35,982 bases of DNA from Collodictyon triciliatum (GCA_043381765.1 JBHJMP010000580.1:1-35982), one strand, 5' to 3'; counted from the first letter of the stretch, positions 1 to 33,278 are shown. Notes: generated by a model from the letters alone, not told the origin. Program-made: numbers and translations.

Positions 1-7
1 TTTGTTT

Positions 8-127
8 AAAAGAAAAGAAAAGAAAAGAAAAGAAAAGAAAAGAAAAGAAAAGAAAAGAAAAGAAAAGAAAAGAAAAGAAAAGAAAAGAAAAGAAAAGAAA
101 AGAAAAGAAAAGAAAAGAAAAGAAAAG
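8..127. repeat. (AAAAG)n intronic microsatellite
   Basis: Direct reading. Confidence 0.97.
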
Positions 128-183
128 ATAGAGCTTCAAATTTGAGCTAACATCTTGTGAGCAAGTTATTGTGCGAGACTTAC

Positions 184-21194
<21,011 letters not shown>

Positions 21195-22053
21195 CCAACC
21201 GTCTTGTAAAAGGCGCAGCCCTTCTGCTTCTAGAACTTGGTTGGGTGTAGTCCTGCGTGTATAGAGTTGTTGGGAAATGGAGGACTCTGAGCGATTTTAC
21301 CGTTTTCCCCGCTCGGCCTTTAGAATAAACTGCTTGTGTTGCTGTTTGCTTTTATTTTTCCTCTTCTTTTTCGTTTTTTCTTTTTTCTTTTTTCTTTTTT
21401 CTTTTTTCTTTTTTCTTTTTTCTTTTTTCTTTTTTCTTTTTTCTTTTTTCTTTTTTCTTTTTTCTTTTTTCCTCTTCTTTTTCGTTTTTTCGTTTTTTCT
21501 TTTTTCTTTTTTCTTTTTTCTTTTTCTTTTTTCTTTTTTCTTTTCCATGGGTTTCGTGTAGTGTGTTGTATGCGGTTGCTTCGTGCTCACGCTTGTTTAA
21601 AACTAACAGAGGCAAAGGCGTTGCGGAGGGTCGCTTGGGTTACAGTGCAATATCAAATTATCAGTTTTGTAGATAAAATCGTGTTTATGATTTTTTATAC
21701 GGCGTTTCATCCGCCAATGCTTGTTTGCAACCTTGGATGTATATTTTCCGCATATGTACAGCTAATTCGTAGCGCATTGTAGCGGATCGAATGTTCTCCC
21801 ACTCCACACAGATGAATCAACAAGACGAAAATGCCCGCCACCATCGAAGCACCGACAAAGCCTTCACCAACAACACAGCATCCATCAACAAACAAATAGG
21901 CGAACTAGCACGTAGTGACAGTGGTGGTAGAAGATGAAACATCGTGCCTTCACATAGCGTTAAGCTCACTGCCAACTGCGCAAATCACTCGCGCAATATC
22001 ATCCATCCACAGAATCAGCCACAAGAAAGAAGACAAAAGACCACCACCCACAA
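21195..22053. promoter_or_regulatory. Divergent (head-to-head) promoter region between PRKDC and RPN1
   Basis: The two start codons face away from each other about 860 bp apart. The region holds a pyrimidine repeat block (about 21350-21545) and a CCAAT near 21714. TSS positions are unknown. Confidence 0.6.
21350..21546. repeat. Degenerate (T5-6C)n pyrimidine repeat in the divergent promoter
   Basis: Direct reading. Confidence 0.92.
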
Positions 22054-25000
22054 ATGGCGATCGGAGACGAGAAAGAGCCGTCGGCAGCCCAGCCATCCTC
22101 CAGCAACCCAGCCTTGGAAAAGAAAAAGAAAGGCAAGAAGGACAAGGAAGTTGAACTGGTTTGCCAACCATCATTCTCGCTCCCATTATTTTTATATTAT
22201 TATCACGATCATTGCTGCTTGATTTTCGTCACCACTGTGATCAAAGTGAACTCTCGACTCAACGTTGCGCCCAAGATCTAAGACTAACTCGGTCAAAAAC
22301 CCGCCCATCCCTGTTTTTTGGTGCTCAAAGTCTGAGGAGGACCTGAAGCTAAAGACCGATTTGGAGCTCTCAGTAACCCGTGTTTTCGAGGGCGATGCTG
22401 GTGTTCAAAAGCTTGCACTGGAGCACGTTCGCGCAGAGATCAAAAACTCGACCAGCTCCATGACTGCAGTTCCGAAGCCCCTCAAATTTCTTCGTCCACA
22501 CTACGAACCACTCAAAAAGTACTTTCAAGAGAACCCAGAAAATGTCAACAAGGTTCGTACATGTCAATCTCTTTGTAGAAAGGCAATAGCATAAATGTTT
22601 GTAGATCGGTCGTTGGGCAACCAACCCACTTCTGTTTCTTCTACCTTGCACCGTTTTATGCATGTTGACGATGCCAACTGTTCCTGTACTTTTCTTGTCT
22701 ATCTAATAAAAACCCTCTTTGATTCATCCTCCAAACACTATGGAAATAAGGCTCTCTTGTCGGACATCCTCTCCGTTCTCGCCATGACGATGGGTGCAGA
22801 AGGTGCACACGAAAGCCTTCACTATCGCAAGACTGGAAGCCAGGATGACATTGGCTCGTGGGGCCACGAATATGTCAGGTACATCTGTTTGTTATTGTTT
22901 CATTTTTGGCCATTTCAGCATTCAATTAGCCCACTTATTGAATGCCGCCTCTCGTGCCAAAGGCGGGTGTATTTTCTCTTTTCTCACAAAACTGCTACAA
23001 ATATAATTTTCTGCTTTTGGCGGATGTTTTCATCATTTCCCTACCTCATTCAAGGAATCTTGCTGGAGAAATTATCCAGCTGTATGGAATCCGCACAGAA
23101 GCTGGAGATAACGTGGACGATTTGATGGAACTTGTTTCACATATCATACCATATCACATGACCCACAATGCGGAACATGAAGCATGCGATCTTCTAATGG
23201 AGGTCAACCGCATCCCTGACATTGTGAACTACGCTGACGCCAAAAACTACAATCGTGTTTGTCTTTACTTGATCAGCTGCGCTAGCTATGTAGCTGAACC
23301 TGAGGATTCTATCATTTTACGCGTTGCCACGGACATTTACAGAAAAGTGGGAAAGCATGCTGACGCAACTCGCATGGCCCTCAGACTGAATAATCAAGAA
23401 CTAATCTCTGAGATCTTTGCATCCTGTGAAGATTAGTAAGCCAGCTTTTGATCGCTCAACATAATTTCAAAACATATGATTGTAGTTTTTTTTTAATTAA
23501 TGTCTCATGGTAATCTGTCAAAAAATCATGGAAATGTAACACTTTGTGCTTGAAATTAGTTCTGTCAAGAAGCAGCTTGCCTTCATGTTGGCTAGTCAGG
23601 GCGTCAATGTGGAGCTAGGAGAAGAAGATACTGATTTTGCAGAGATTTTGAGTAATAGTAGCCTGAGTGAGAGATTCATCCAACTTGGTCGAGACTTGGA
23701 TGTTCTGGAGGCTAAAGTTCCAGAAGACGTCTTTTCTAAAGGAGGTAGCAAGGATAACTGAATATATGATTCCATGAACCTCATGCATTAGTCTCCCGTT
23801 CTAGCATTATGTATACTCAAGCTCAATCCATGTATTTGCTTTCAAAAACAGGCAGCGGATCCGGGTCTGACCAAGCTAAGATGAGCCTCTCCAACTTGAT
23901 AGTAAACGGCTTCTTGAATGCCGGTTTTCGGGAAGACAAGCTGATTAAGACAGAAGGTTTACTCTATCATTACTGCCAAAAAAAATATTATGTCAACTCT
24001 AACCTCTGTTGCATTAGCCTCCAAGCAAATCGGGCGATGCAAAGACAACGGGACAATCAGTGCTGTTGCATCGATCGGAATGCTGTACCTATGGGATATA
24101 GAGAACGGACTGAACGCCATCGACACCTACATTTCATCCAAAGACAGTAACGTTCGTGCAGGAGCTGCTATTGCTACAGGTTAATTACGAGATATAATTA
24201 ATGCATCGGTTCTCGCACTTACTGTTCTGCTTGTGGCACGCATAATCCAGCTTGGTAGTCTTGTATGTCCAACGGAAACACAAAATTATATTAATTATGT
24301 ACCTCCTTGACCAGGTATTTCAAGCTGCTATCGCCACGACGAGGTATGCGCTGCTTACGGTATTTTGTCAGAGTATCTCGATCCACCTCACCCTGACATT
24401 GTCCGCATCGGTGCCGCGATGGGGTTCGTTATTGTTTCCTATTTAAAATTCTTTCATTATTTTTCTTTACTTCAGGGACAGATCATGAAATAGTCCATGT
24501 TTTTAAATACCGTTTGTGTCGACCATAATTATGTGTTTAGTATTGGCATTGCTTATGCGGGTACAAATCTCGAGGCTGCTGTGGTCAGCCTCACATCGAT
24601 TATTGAGACTGGAGAGGTAGTGCATGATATTGAATTTAGGAACCATCGTCAAGATTTCAGCACATGAAACACCCATTAACATATTGTATTCTTGCATCTA
24701 TCTTATACTATCGTATGTGTACAACTAGGCTTCAGCAGATTTGGCTGCGCATGTATCCCTTGCTCTTGGGTTTGTATGCATCGGCACATGTAACGCAGAT
24801 ATTGCTACGGCCATTGCACAAATCCTGATGGACCGCACCGAGAAGGACTTTGCTGATTCGAGCTACAGATATATGTGTCTTGGGCTGGGATTGATATATT
24901 TAGGTATTCTATATATGGTACTTTATCTGTGTCAAGATTCGTGACTGTAAATATATTGAATGGAATATGGATTCAAAGCGCGGATCACCCTTGCTCAATT

Positions 25001-27200
25001 GAATATTTCTTCAAAGGCCGACAAGAAGAGTGTGAAGTCATCCTCGAAGTCTTGAAAACAATCAGTGGGCCAATTGGTGAGTATGCGCAGTTGACACTTG
25101 AAACATGTGCCTATGTGGGCACCGGAAATGTTCTTAAGATTCAGCAGCTTCTCAGTGTTTGCAGTGAGCAAGGAGCGGAGAACTCCACAAAACATGTATT
25201 TCAATTTATTTTAAAAACAATAAGAAAAGCAACCAATATCCAATCATGGTGTTATTATCATCTTGTGTGATTCATGAGATACTTTGAATTATAGGGACTG
25301 GCCGTGATTGGAATAGCCATGATTGCCATGGCTGAAGATATCGGGTCTGAAATGGCTCTGCGTTCATTCGGACACCTTCTGCAGTAAAATTAAATATATA
25401 TGCTAGGCAATAGCAGTATTATTTTGATTCTTTGTATTATTTTTTTTTAGTAAAAACTTGCTTCCATGATTTTGAAGTTTGTTCTGTTGGAAGAATGTGT
25501 GATAGAACCCCAAGTTTTCAATCTTACACTGATTTTTCTTTCATATTTAAAAACTAGATATGGAGATGTTGAGATTAAGCGGGCTGTTCCCCTTGCACTT
25601 GCACTGCTCTGTGTATCCAATCCTAAGCTCACTGTGATGGACACACTCAGGTTGGTGGCTATTTCTTTTCTTTTTCTTTTTCTTTTTCTTTTTCTTTTTC
25701 TTTTTCTTTTTCTTTTTCTTTTTCTTTTTCTTTTTCTTTTTCTTTTTCTTTTTCTTTTTCTTTTCTATTAGAATAGTCATTTATAGGTTGGTCGCGCTAT
25801 TCCGCTTTGTATCTCTAAATTTGATTCCTCAGCAAGCTGAGCCATGACGCAGACCCACAAGTATCGCAGAACGCACTGTTTGCACTTGGTCTCATCGGCG
25901 CCGGTATGATATGCTTTGATTGGTTTCTCCAAAAGCATATGTATCACGTATTATTGGATTCCTCTTTACATTTATCACTTGTTTCTGCATCTTTTCTGAA
26001 CCAATGCGGGCTATATATGACAGGAACAAATAACTCCCGTGTGTCAAACCTTCTCCGTCAGTTGTCATCGTTCTATTCCAGCGAGGGCTCACACACCTTT
26101 TTGATCAGAATTGCACAAGGACTTCTTCACCTGGGAAAGGTAGCAGCCGATTATGATTGTTTCTTGTACTTTTGGCCAAAATAATAGAGTTTCCTCTCAC
26201 TCACGCCAACTTCAGGGAACATTGACCCTTTCCCTGCATCACTCGGACCGTCTGCTGCCATCATTTGTGGGCATCGCAGGAATTCTGACCGTCTTGCACG
26301 CCGGGCTGGATATGCCAAAGAGTGAGTTTTGATTTTGATTACACTCAGGGACTCACTGTCACACCCTCCTATTTTTTTCTATACCAAGAATAGTGCCATA
26401 TCTGTTCGTTCGTTCCCGTCTTTTCCTTAATCCTGCGAGACTTGTGACTGATAGTTTTCTAAAGTCTGACTGAAAATCCCAAAGCCAACATCTTCACCAT
26501 CCTGCACAAAATTGAAAGGGAGAATAAAAAAAAAAGTCTGACTGAAAAATCATAATAGCTATCCTTGGCAAACACCACTACATCCTCTATTACCTGGCCT
26601 GCTCCATCCGCCCCCGCATGCTCGTCACACTAGACGAAGACTTGAACCAGCTTCAAGTGCCTGTTCGTGTTGGACAAGCTGTAGATACGGTAAGTGGTCA
26701 CATGGTTTTGGATTTCTTTCTCTTCTTCCCATCTTCGTTCTCGGTTTCTTGTGAAAAACATCGTCTTTCGTTAAATTTCTATAATTGTCATGCGGTGCCC
26801 CTCCCACATATGCTTCCCTTTGTCCTTTTTTTTTTCTTTCGCTTTCTGATTTTATTCTGGGACAAAAAGGTTGGACAAGCGGGTCGGCCAAAGACTATAA
26901 CCGGTTTTCAGACACTCAATACCCCCGTTCTGTTAGGACATGGAGACCGCGCAGAGTTGGCCACCGAGGATTGTAAGTCACTTTTCTAAAGCCCCAAACA
27001 TTCAAACTATAACATTTTTTCTTCACTTTGGCCCAATGTTTTTTGTCAATAAAAAAAACAATCTCTTGTTCGTTTGGGTGTCTGCTTGAGAATGACAACT
27101 TCTTACCTGACTGTTGTGCACAGATACCCCCCTGACATCAGTCCTGGAGGGCTTTGTGATTCTGAGGCGAAAGCAGCCCGCCGACTCTATCTTCAATTAG
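22054..27200 (+). CDS. RPN1: 26S proteasome regulatory subunit RPN1 (PSMD2), 19 exons, complete
   Basis: Spliced GT-AG frame from MAIGDEKE to SIFN*. Diagnostic motifs: [129 protein letters not shown]. Confidence 0.98.
25662..25766. repeat. (TTTTTC)n microsatellite in an RPN1 intron
   Basis: Direct reading. Confidence 0.97.
26461..26548 (+). mobile_element. Short retroposed insertion, copy 2, with 16-bp TSD, in RPN1 intron 16
   Basis: AAAGTCTGACTGAAAA at 26461-26476 and 26533-26548 flanks a 56-nt insert ending in AATAAA plus poly(A). It shares the ATCCTGCACAAAATTGAAAGGRAGAATAA core with copy 1. Confidence 0.8.
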
Positions 27201-27571
27201 GGTGAAGGCGCGGAATGCTGGGAAGCTGGATGAAATCCCCTGTTGCATCCAGGCGGTTTCTTGATTTTGGGGTTTTGCCTAGCAGAACACCGACGAGTGC
27301 GTTGATATACCAAAAATAAAATACAGCTACTAAATAGACCTAGAGTCCTCTAAAAAAAAAAGACTTAAAAAATATCAAAAAAAGAAGAGAAAGCGAAACA
27401 TTTTCCCATGCTGCACCACCAACCGCGCATCCGCAATTCGGAACAAAGAAAGTGCAAGCCCAAGTGCATGCTCGTCTGGTGTGCTTAGAGGTTGCATCGG
27501 ATTGTCCATGCGGGCGTAGGTGGGGACATGATTACCATTATTATAAATCATTTGTGTGAATCAGAGCCACG

Positions 27572-28021
27572 ATGTCTCGAAAACGGAAGGAGCGGCTGGA
27601 TGACTGCCAAGAAACGGCATTCTCTGGATGCATGATGTGAGGAACAATCCTTTGTCTGCAGGTGACATTATTGACCCTGAGCGTTGCATTGATACAATTT
27701 GATTTGATTTGATTTGATTTGATTTGATTTGATTTGATTTGGCAGATAATGCAAGAAATCCACAGCCCTCCCCTTGTGGTGGCCAAGCAATCCACAATTG
27801 GTTCTCCTTTCAATCTCAGACGATCTCGTTGGACAAAAATGGGCGCTCGCGTTTGTTCAAAAGTATTTCCTATTTTATCGATGCCGCCACAACGATTTCT
27901 CCACTTTAGGGAGTGCACCTCACGTCCGGTTTGGAGTGTGGATGCGTTATGCGGATTCGTTCCGAATGAATCTGCATTGAAGGAGGGACAAAGGCGAGCA
28001 TCTGTGTGGTTGCGGCGTTGA
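27572..28021 (+). CDS. Speculative 121-aa protein with in-frame TGA in a CxxU context (Rdx/SelW-SelT-SelH-like?)
   Basis: GCCACGATG start context and TATAAA about 30 nt upstream. Exon 1 is MSRKRKE...GC-M-M-TGA-G. An 84-nt GT-AG intron (27662-27745) holds (ATTTG)n, and exon 2 is open to TGA at 28021. No convincing SECIS seen. Confidence 0.2.
27697..27741. repeat. (ATTTG)n microsatellite
   Basis: Direct reading. Confidence 0.95.
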
Positions 28022-29087
28022 CACCCGCAAGACAGACGGCCCAAATAAACACAACGCACAGAACGCTGGTGGCTGAAGGGTTGGCTCTGATCGGAGATGC
28101 TCCAATATATGTGAATAGCGCACAACGAAATTTATGCAAGAGTGCGGCAGATGTTTTCTCTGCTCCACGCTCTGAAGCCCAAAGGCACGGAGGGAAATGA
28201 GGTCTCCTCTTGCTGTCACAAAGAAGCGCAAGCAAAAGTCCAGTCGTGAGAGTTCGAGCTGGCCGGGTGTATTGGGTGTTGTTGGTAATGGGGATATTCG
28301 TGGGGCGACTGAAGGCAAAAAGCGCATGGACGCCCCAACCACACAACCAAGCCTACTTTGGAATGGCAGAACAGGTGCATCGACGATATTTATACACTCC
28401 TGGGTGACAAGAACAGCAAAGTTGATTTTTTTAACTCGATTTGGTTTCGGGTAATTCCTCTAAGAAAAAAAAAGTGCTGTGTTGTTCAGATTCGGTACAG
28501 AGAACAAGCGGAATGACTAAGGCGATAGCGGCTTGGCTTGTCAATTAACCCAACAGAAAATCGATTGGGGACAGAATAACCTGTGTTTTGAATGTGTAGG
28601 TCGCGTTGTCGCCCAACAGTTTTCAAATGCACCGTGTTATTCCCATCCAGCCCATGACAATTCGAGCCAAGCCCATTCGAATAAACTTCCTCAACCCGAA
28701 AACCACCCAGCACAAGACAAGACAAGACCAGAAAAGGGCGAGAAACAAGACAGGTCAAGTAAAAAAAAAAACCAATAGCATATTTTCATTCTTACTCGAA
28801 AACTCATAGAGCCAATGAAAGATTGGCCCAGCCATCATTAAAGACATAAGAAAATATGAGTGGTAGAAGCAAGGCAGAGTTGTCTCCATTTTGACACGAG
28901 TTGTTTCACATAGCCTTGTTGTTCTCACGAGCTAGTCCTTTGTACCACAATGCACAGAAAGACCAAACACATACACGAAACTCTCAAAATAACCTTGCCT
29001 CGCAGGGAAGTTTCGTCTGTCAAGCACCTAGGACATTCCCTCCAAGCAGACGTGCAACATTGAGCGGTAGTTGATTCTAACACGGGA

Positions 29088-30347
29088 ATGGATGCGCCGC
29101 AGGTATGTAGGCAAGATTGACAATTCTTCAGCAAAGATGGACTTCGTGTTTGCATTGCGCAGAAAGAGCCGATCTGATGCGCGTTCTGGTTCCCGCAGGT
29201 TGGAGCACATACCGCACTCAGCACATACAATACTTCAGCTGCAAAACGAAGTCGCATGTTGCAGGCATCAGAGGATGATTCATCTCGGGGACGCTCATCA
29301 GAGGACGGAGCAGCCCAGGAAACCTCAGCCGACGATGATTCTTCCGAGGACGCGTCACTAAAAGACGACAGAGGCCACGAAACCCCGCCCGGAGATGATT
29401 CCTCACAGGACGAGCCATTGCAGGAGGATGTAGAGGGGAAAAGGCGGCAGAAGCAGAGGGAGGCCAAGACATGCGCCAGAGAAAGGGTCAGCGAGCGATG
29501 CAGACGGCGCTTTGAGCGTCCAAAAGCCTGGCCCATGACGCGGGGTCATGTGCTGCAGATAGTGGGGCCACATGTGCCGTTGCGAGCGCAGCGGCCGAGC
29601 TTTGCAGTGCAGCTGCGCCATTTGCTGGACCATCCGGAGTGGGGCTTTCCTGCCTCCTGGCTCGCACCGCCCACAGACTTTGCCATCAACGTCTCGCTCG
29701 CCTTCCGCTGGCTCTGCATCGCACGCGCCTCCCTCGAGAAGAACCTGCGCAAGAACGCGTTTGTGCCCCTTCCGCTGCCACAAATCCTGCCACAGCCAGC
29801 AACACTCCACACCCACACCCACGACCTGCTCCAGCAGACCGCGACTGCCAAGGCCCAGCAGCAGGCCCACCCTTATCTCCGCATGCTGCCCTTCACCACG
29901 GCCCAGGCCTTCTACCGCCAGCTCGCCCGCGTCCGGGCCTACCGCTTTCCACCTCCGCGCCAGCCACAACCACAACCACAGTCAAAGCCACAGCCACAGC
30001 CACGTCCTCAGACCCGCAGACCCGCTTGCACTTCGCTCTCCGTCCTGTCACAGGAGGCTGCACAACCCGTGCCCCAGCCTAACCAGCTGACACTCTCCGA
30101 ACCAAATGTCACCACCCCGCCGTTCTCCGAAGCTAACGCCCCTGCTTCTGTTCAGTCCCTGTTGTCTCCGAATGACTCGGTTGCTGTCTCGGCCCAGGAC
30201 ATCGACCTGCTTCTTGATGCTGTGTCGCTGATGCGCCGCCAACACTTTGTCTCGCTGTCCGTCCACTACCCCGTCCCTCGCAGGCCGAATCCCACACATG
30301 TAAACATAGCCTCGCCCACCCCATCACGCCCCGAAACCCCCAAATGA
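29088..30347 (+). CDS. Hypothetical protein, about 387 aa, 2 exons (29088-29102, 29199-30347); acidic N-region, Pro/Gln-rich C-region
   Basis: ATG GAT GCG CCG CAG|GTATGT...TCCCGCAG|GTT joins in frame to the 363-aa ORF. Codons are GC-rich. No family recognised. Confidence 0.7.
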
Positions 30348-30816
30348 CTCGCGCGGCCCTGCTGCACGCAAATCCGTGTGAGTGTTGTCATTCGATGGAG
30401 AACTGTTGGTATCCTCTTTCGTCCTCTTCCTTGATTCTCCTGCGCGATTGCTGGGAATTATTCTGCTGAGGGGAGCGAAAAAGGAAAAAAAAAAAGGGAC
30501 ACATTCTCTGTCAGATTATGAATGCCTTAATGAAAGGGCATGAAAAGAGTGTGATTCGGCTTGTTCTTTCTTTTCCTATCTATATTCGCTTTGCACACGT
30601 GCGCAGAGTAATCAAAAGGTGTACATGGGACAGGCTGCTCTGTTATAATTTTTTATTTTTATTATTATTCTTTCCCAACGAAAGTGCTCCTCCAGCTTTG
30701 AATCCTCAAATCAATCTTTGACTCATAAATCTCTTTGTGTTCGCTTCCAATCACGGCTGTGTGATGCTCCAGTCGCTTGTATTCCATCCTCAACCCCTGA
30801 TTGTGTATTCCTCGCC

Positions 30817-33278
30817 TTACTCTTCATCTCCGTAAAAGTCGTCTGCGTCTCCATCAGAGTCTACAACTGTCCATTGTCCGAGCGATTCTTGAAGAAGATG
30901 TTGCAATACGAGGTGGTAATCCATGTATTGTTCCAGCAACTCACGATTGTGTTCTTCATCTTCATACCCAAGACTATTCAGTTTAGCCAGGTGCTGGTTC
31001 AACTCAGACTTGGCCATCTGCTATGCATGAGAGTGTAAGAGAGAGAAAGAAAAGAAGTTGTATTTGTATTCAGCCTCATAGATATTGACTAACATTGGAA
31101 ATGACGTTTCGAAAAAACGGCTAAAAAGTTTTGTCACATAAGAAAAATCTTTTTGGGATAGATTACAGCCAGCAAACAGGAAAAAAATTGTCATCATTTG
31201 ATGTGAATGAGGGTGATATCATTGAAAGAGAGGGAAATCGATACCTTTGGTGGGATTTGCTCATCTTCGGAAATCAAACAATCGGTGGGCATCCTGAATT
31301 CACCCAATGTTTCGGGTTGCGCTGGTGTTACAGTGAAATCATGGATACTTTCTTGTGTTTCCATTCCGATCTTACTTTCATCTTTCTCCACATGGCGGAT
31401 TTCGCAGTCTGAGGAAACTAAGACGTCGGCTGTTTGAGGAAATATCGGGGTGGATTCAGCCTCGTTATGTGAGTCGCCGACCTCCACGGTGTCGATGATA
31501 GAGTAGCCCATCGATTGGCTCAACTGTGACTCTCGGTTCTTTGATTGTTCCAATGACGCTTGTATAGTTTGTTCAGCTGAGTTCACGATAGGACTCAAAG
31601 TCATTTCTGTTGGGTTTGCGTTAGTTTGTATGAAAGGAGGCTTCTGGCTATCCGGTACCTTGTCTGCTAAAGGTTGTACGTTAAGAAACACAGAGAACGT
31701 ATTGCTGAGGATAGCTCCCTCTGGCGTCTCTAGTCGAAATAGGCTTATTGCAGTCCCGGAAATATTCGGGCATTTCACGGCAAATGTTGCCGTCAGGCAC
31801 TGGCCGGTCTCAATTACACCAGTGGCGTTCAAAACTATTCGGCCGAGTCCAGTAGAGTTGCTCATATCGCCCGTCCCAACAAGTCCAAACAACCCAAAGA
31901 GTCGCCGGATAAGAACCGATACTGACGGTGCATGTACCGGTTTACCACGGTTAATCAGGGCGATTGATATAGGTTGGACGACTCCCACCGCACCAGAAAA
32001 TTCAATCCTGGGTTCTGTGCCACTTTCACCGCTCGTTGACTTTGAAACAACTTCAAATTCTAACCTAAATATTGATTCAAAATGGAAGTGAGGGTGTATG
32101 AACAAGGACAAGTCATTAGTAATCTTGCTGGATGCGTAAATAACAGCATGAGGCGGATGAAATATCATTGAGTTTGAAGCTATTTTTTAAAAAAAATAGG
32201 AATCGTTCTGATGTCTCCAAAGCTAGCGCTTGAAAAATATGTGGGCTAAGTCAAACATTACGTTTGGATCGTCTCCTTCTCTGGGGTGTGGATTAGGTCG
32301 AATAGAGGAGAGGCTTGGATGCTTGGGGTGGGCGGCTGTAAGAGGTATACATTCAAAAACAAGAATTTAGCGAGCACCAGAGAAATATCCCCTTAGTCTT
32401 CGGTGGTCATGTCATTATTTACATAGGCTTTTTTTTTTTTTTTTTGGATTTTGAGTATAATGGGCTGCTTGTAAGTTGAAAAAAAAACCTGTATTACAAC
32501 AGGCGATTCTCCAGCAACCGGGGTTGATACGTGGTTTTGAATAAAGTTGGGATCTTTTCAACCGAAAGATGGCTTGTCAGTAATTGCAGTATAAGAATGT
32601 ATTTGCAAGTCATGCACTAACTTACTAGCACAAGAAAGGGCGGCATGGTTCTGATGGAGCTTGTCCAAGTTCTCCTGTTCCTCGCTGTGTATGGCTTCGA
32701 TCTCGTCGCAGAACGACCGAACCAGTCTATTCAAGCGCTCCTTCTTCCAATTACATTGGATGATATCTTTTGAAGCAGAAGCCACTTTAGAGAAGTCTCT
32801 CTTGTTGAGTTTGAAAAGGCGCCTCATGAACTGGGCCTCCTGTCTTCTCTCCGACATAACCTTATGATCTAAACCAAGTTATGAGAAAGCGTACAAAAAA
32901 AAAAAGTCATGCAGAACACTCAGCAAGCCAATATACTTGTACGTTAAGAAAATCAGAGACAATGCTGCTACATAAAAGTAGTCTCACAAATGAAGGACAC
33001 GTACCCTGGCCTCGCTCGATCTTTGGCGCCTTGATCTGAAAAACAGGTGCCTTCTCCATTGTGTCGTAAACGTGTAGAGCCTCGTTTACATCAGCATCTT
33101 TGGAAAGAATGATTATGTCTTGGTCTTCATCCTCATAGACCAACTCAAACTGCTGCCTCCCGATCGAAAAAAGTCTTGAAGCGTACGAACGCAGCGCCTC
33201 CAATGTGAGGTTCTCGTCAAGTTGAACTTGCACTTGTCTGGACTGCCGGCGGCGTTGCAAAAGAATCGTTCTAGTCAT
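30817..33278 (-). CDS. NBR1-like selective autophagy receptor (PB1, helical region, FW/Ig-like domain, UBA, LIR-like motif), about 560 aa, 6 exons
   Basis: PB1 OPCA motif YEDEDQDIIILSKDADVNEAL. FW-like segment INRG...ETGQCLTATFAVKCPNISGTAISLFRLETPEG. UBA LNSLGYEDEEHNRELLEQY. In-frame exons at about 33278-33005, 32868-32626, 32553-32489, 32335-32262, 32064-31245 and 31020-30817. Confidence 0.85.

Noticed and set aside
27541-28758. Minus-strand ORFs 27541-28125, 27906-28346, 27947-28342 and 28486-28758
   Set aside because: No recognisable motifs or coherent splice model. One of them runs through a microsatellite.
30522-30531. ATGCCTTAA resembling the 5' end of U12 snRNA
   Set aside because: The branch-recognition sequence and an Sm site do not follow.
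29403-32091. Long antisense or alternative-frame ORFs (29403-29975, 29572-30090, 31630-32091)
   Set aside because: They are shadows of real coding exons.
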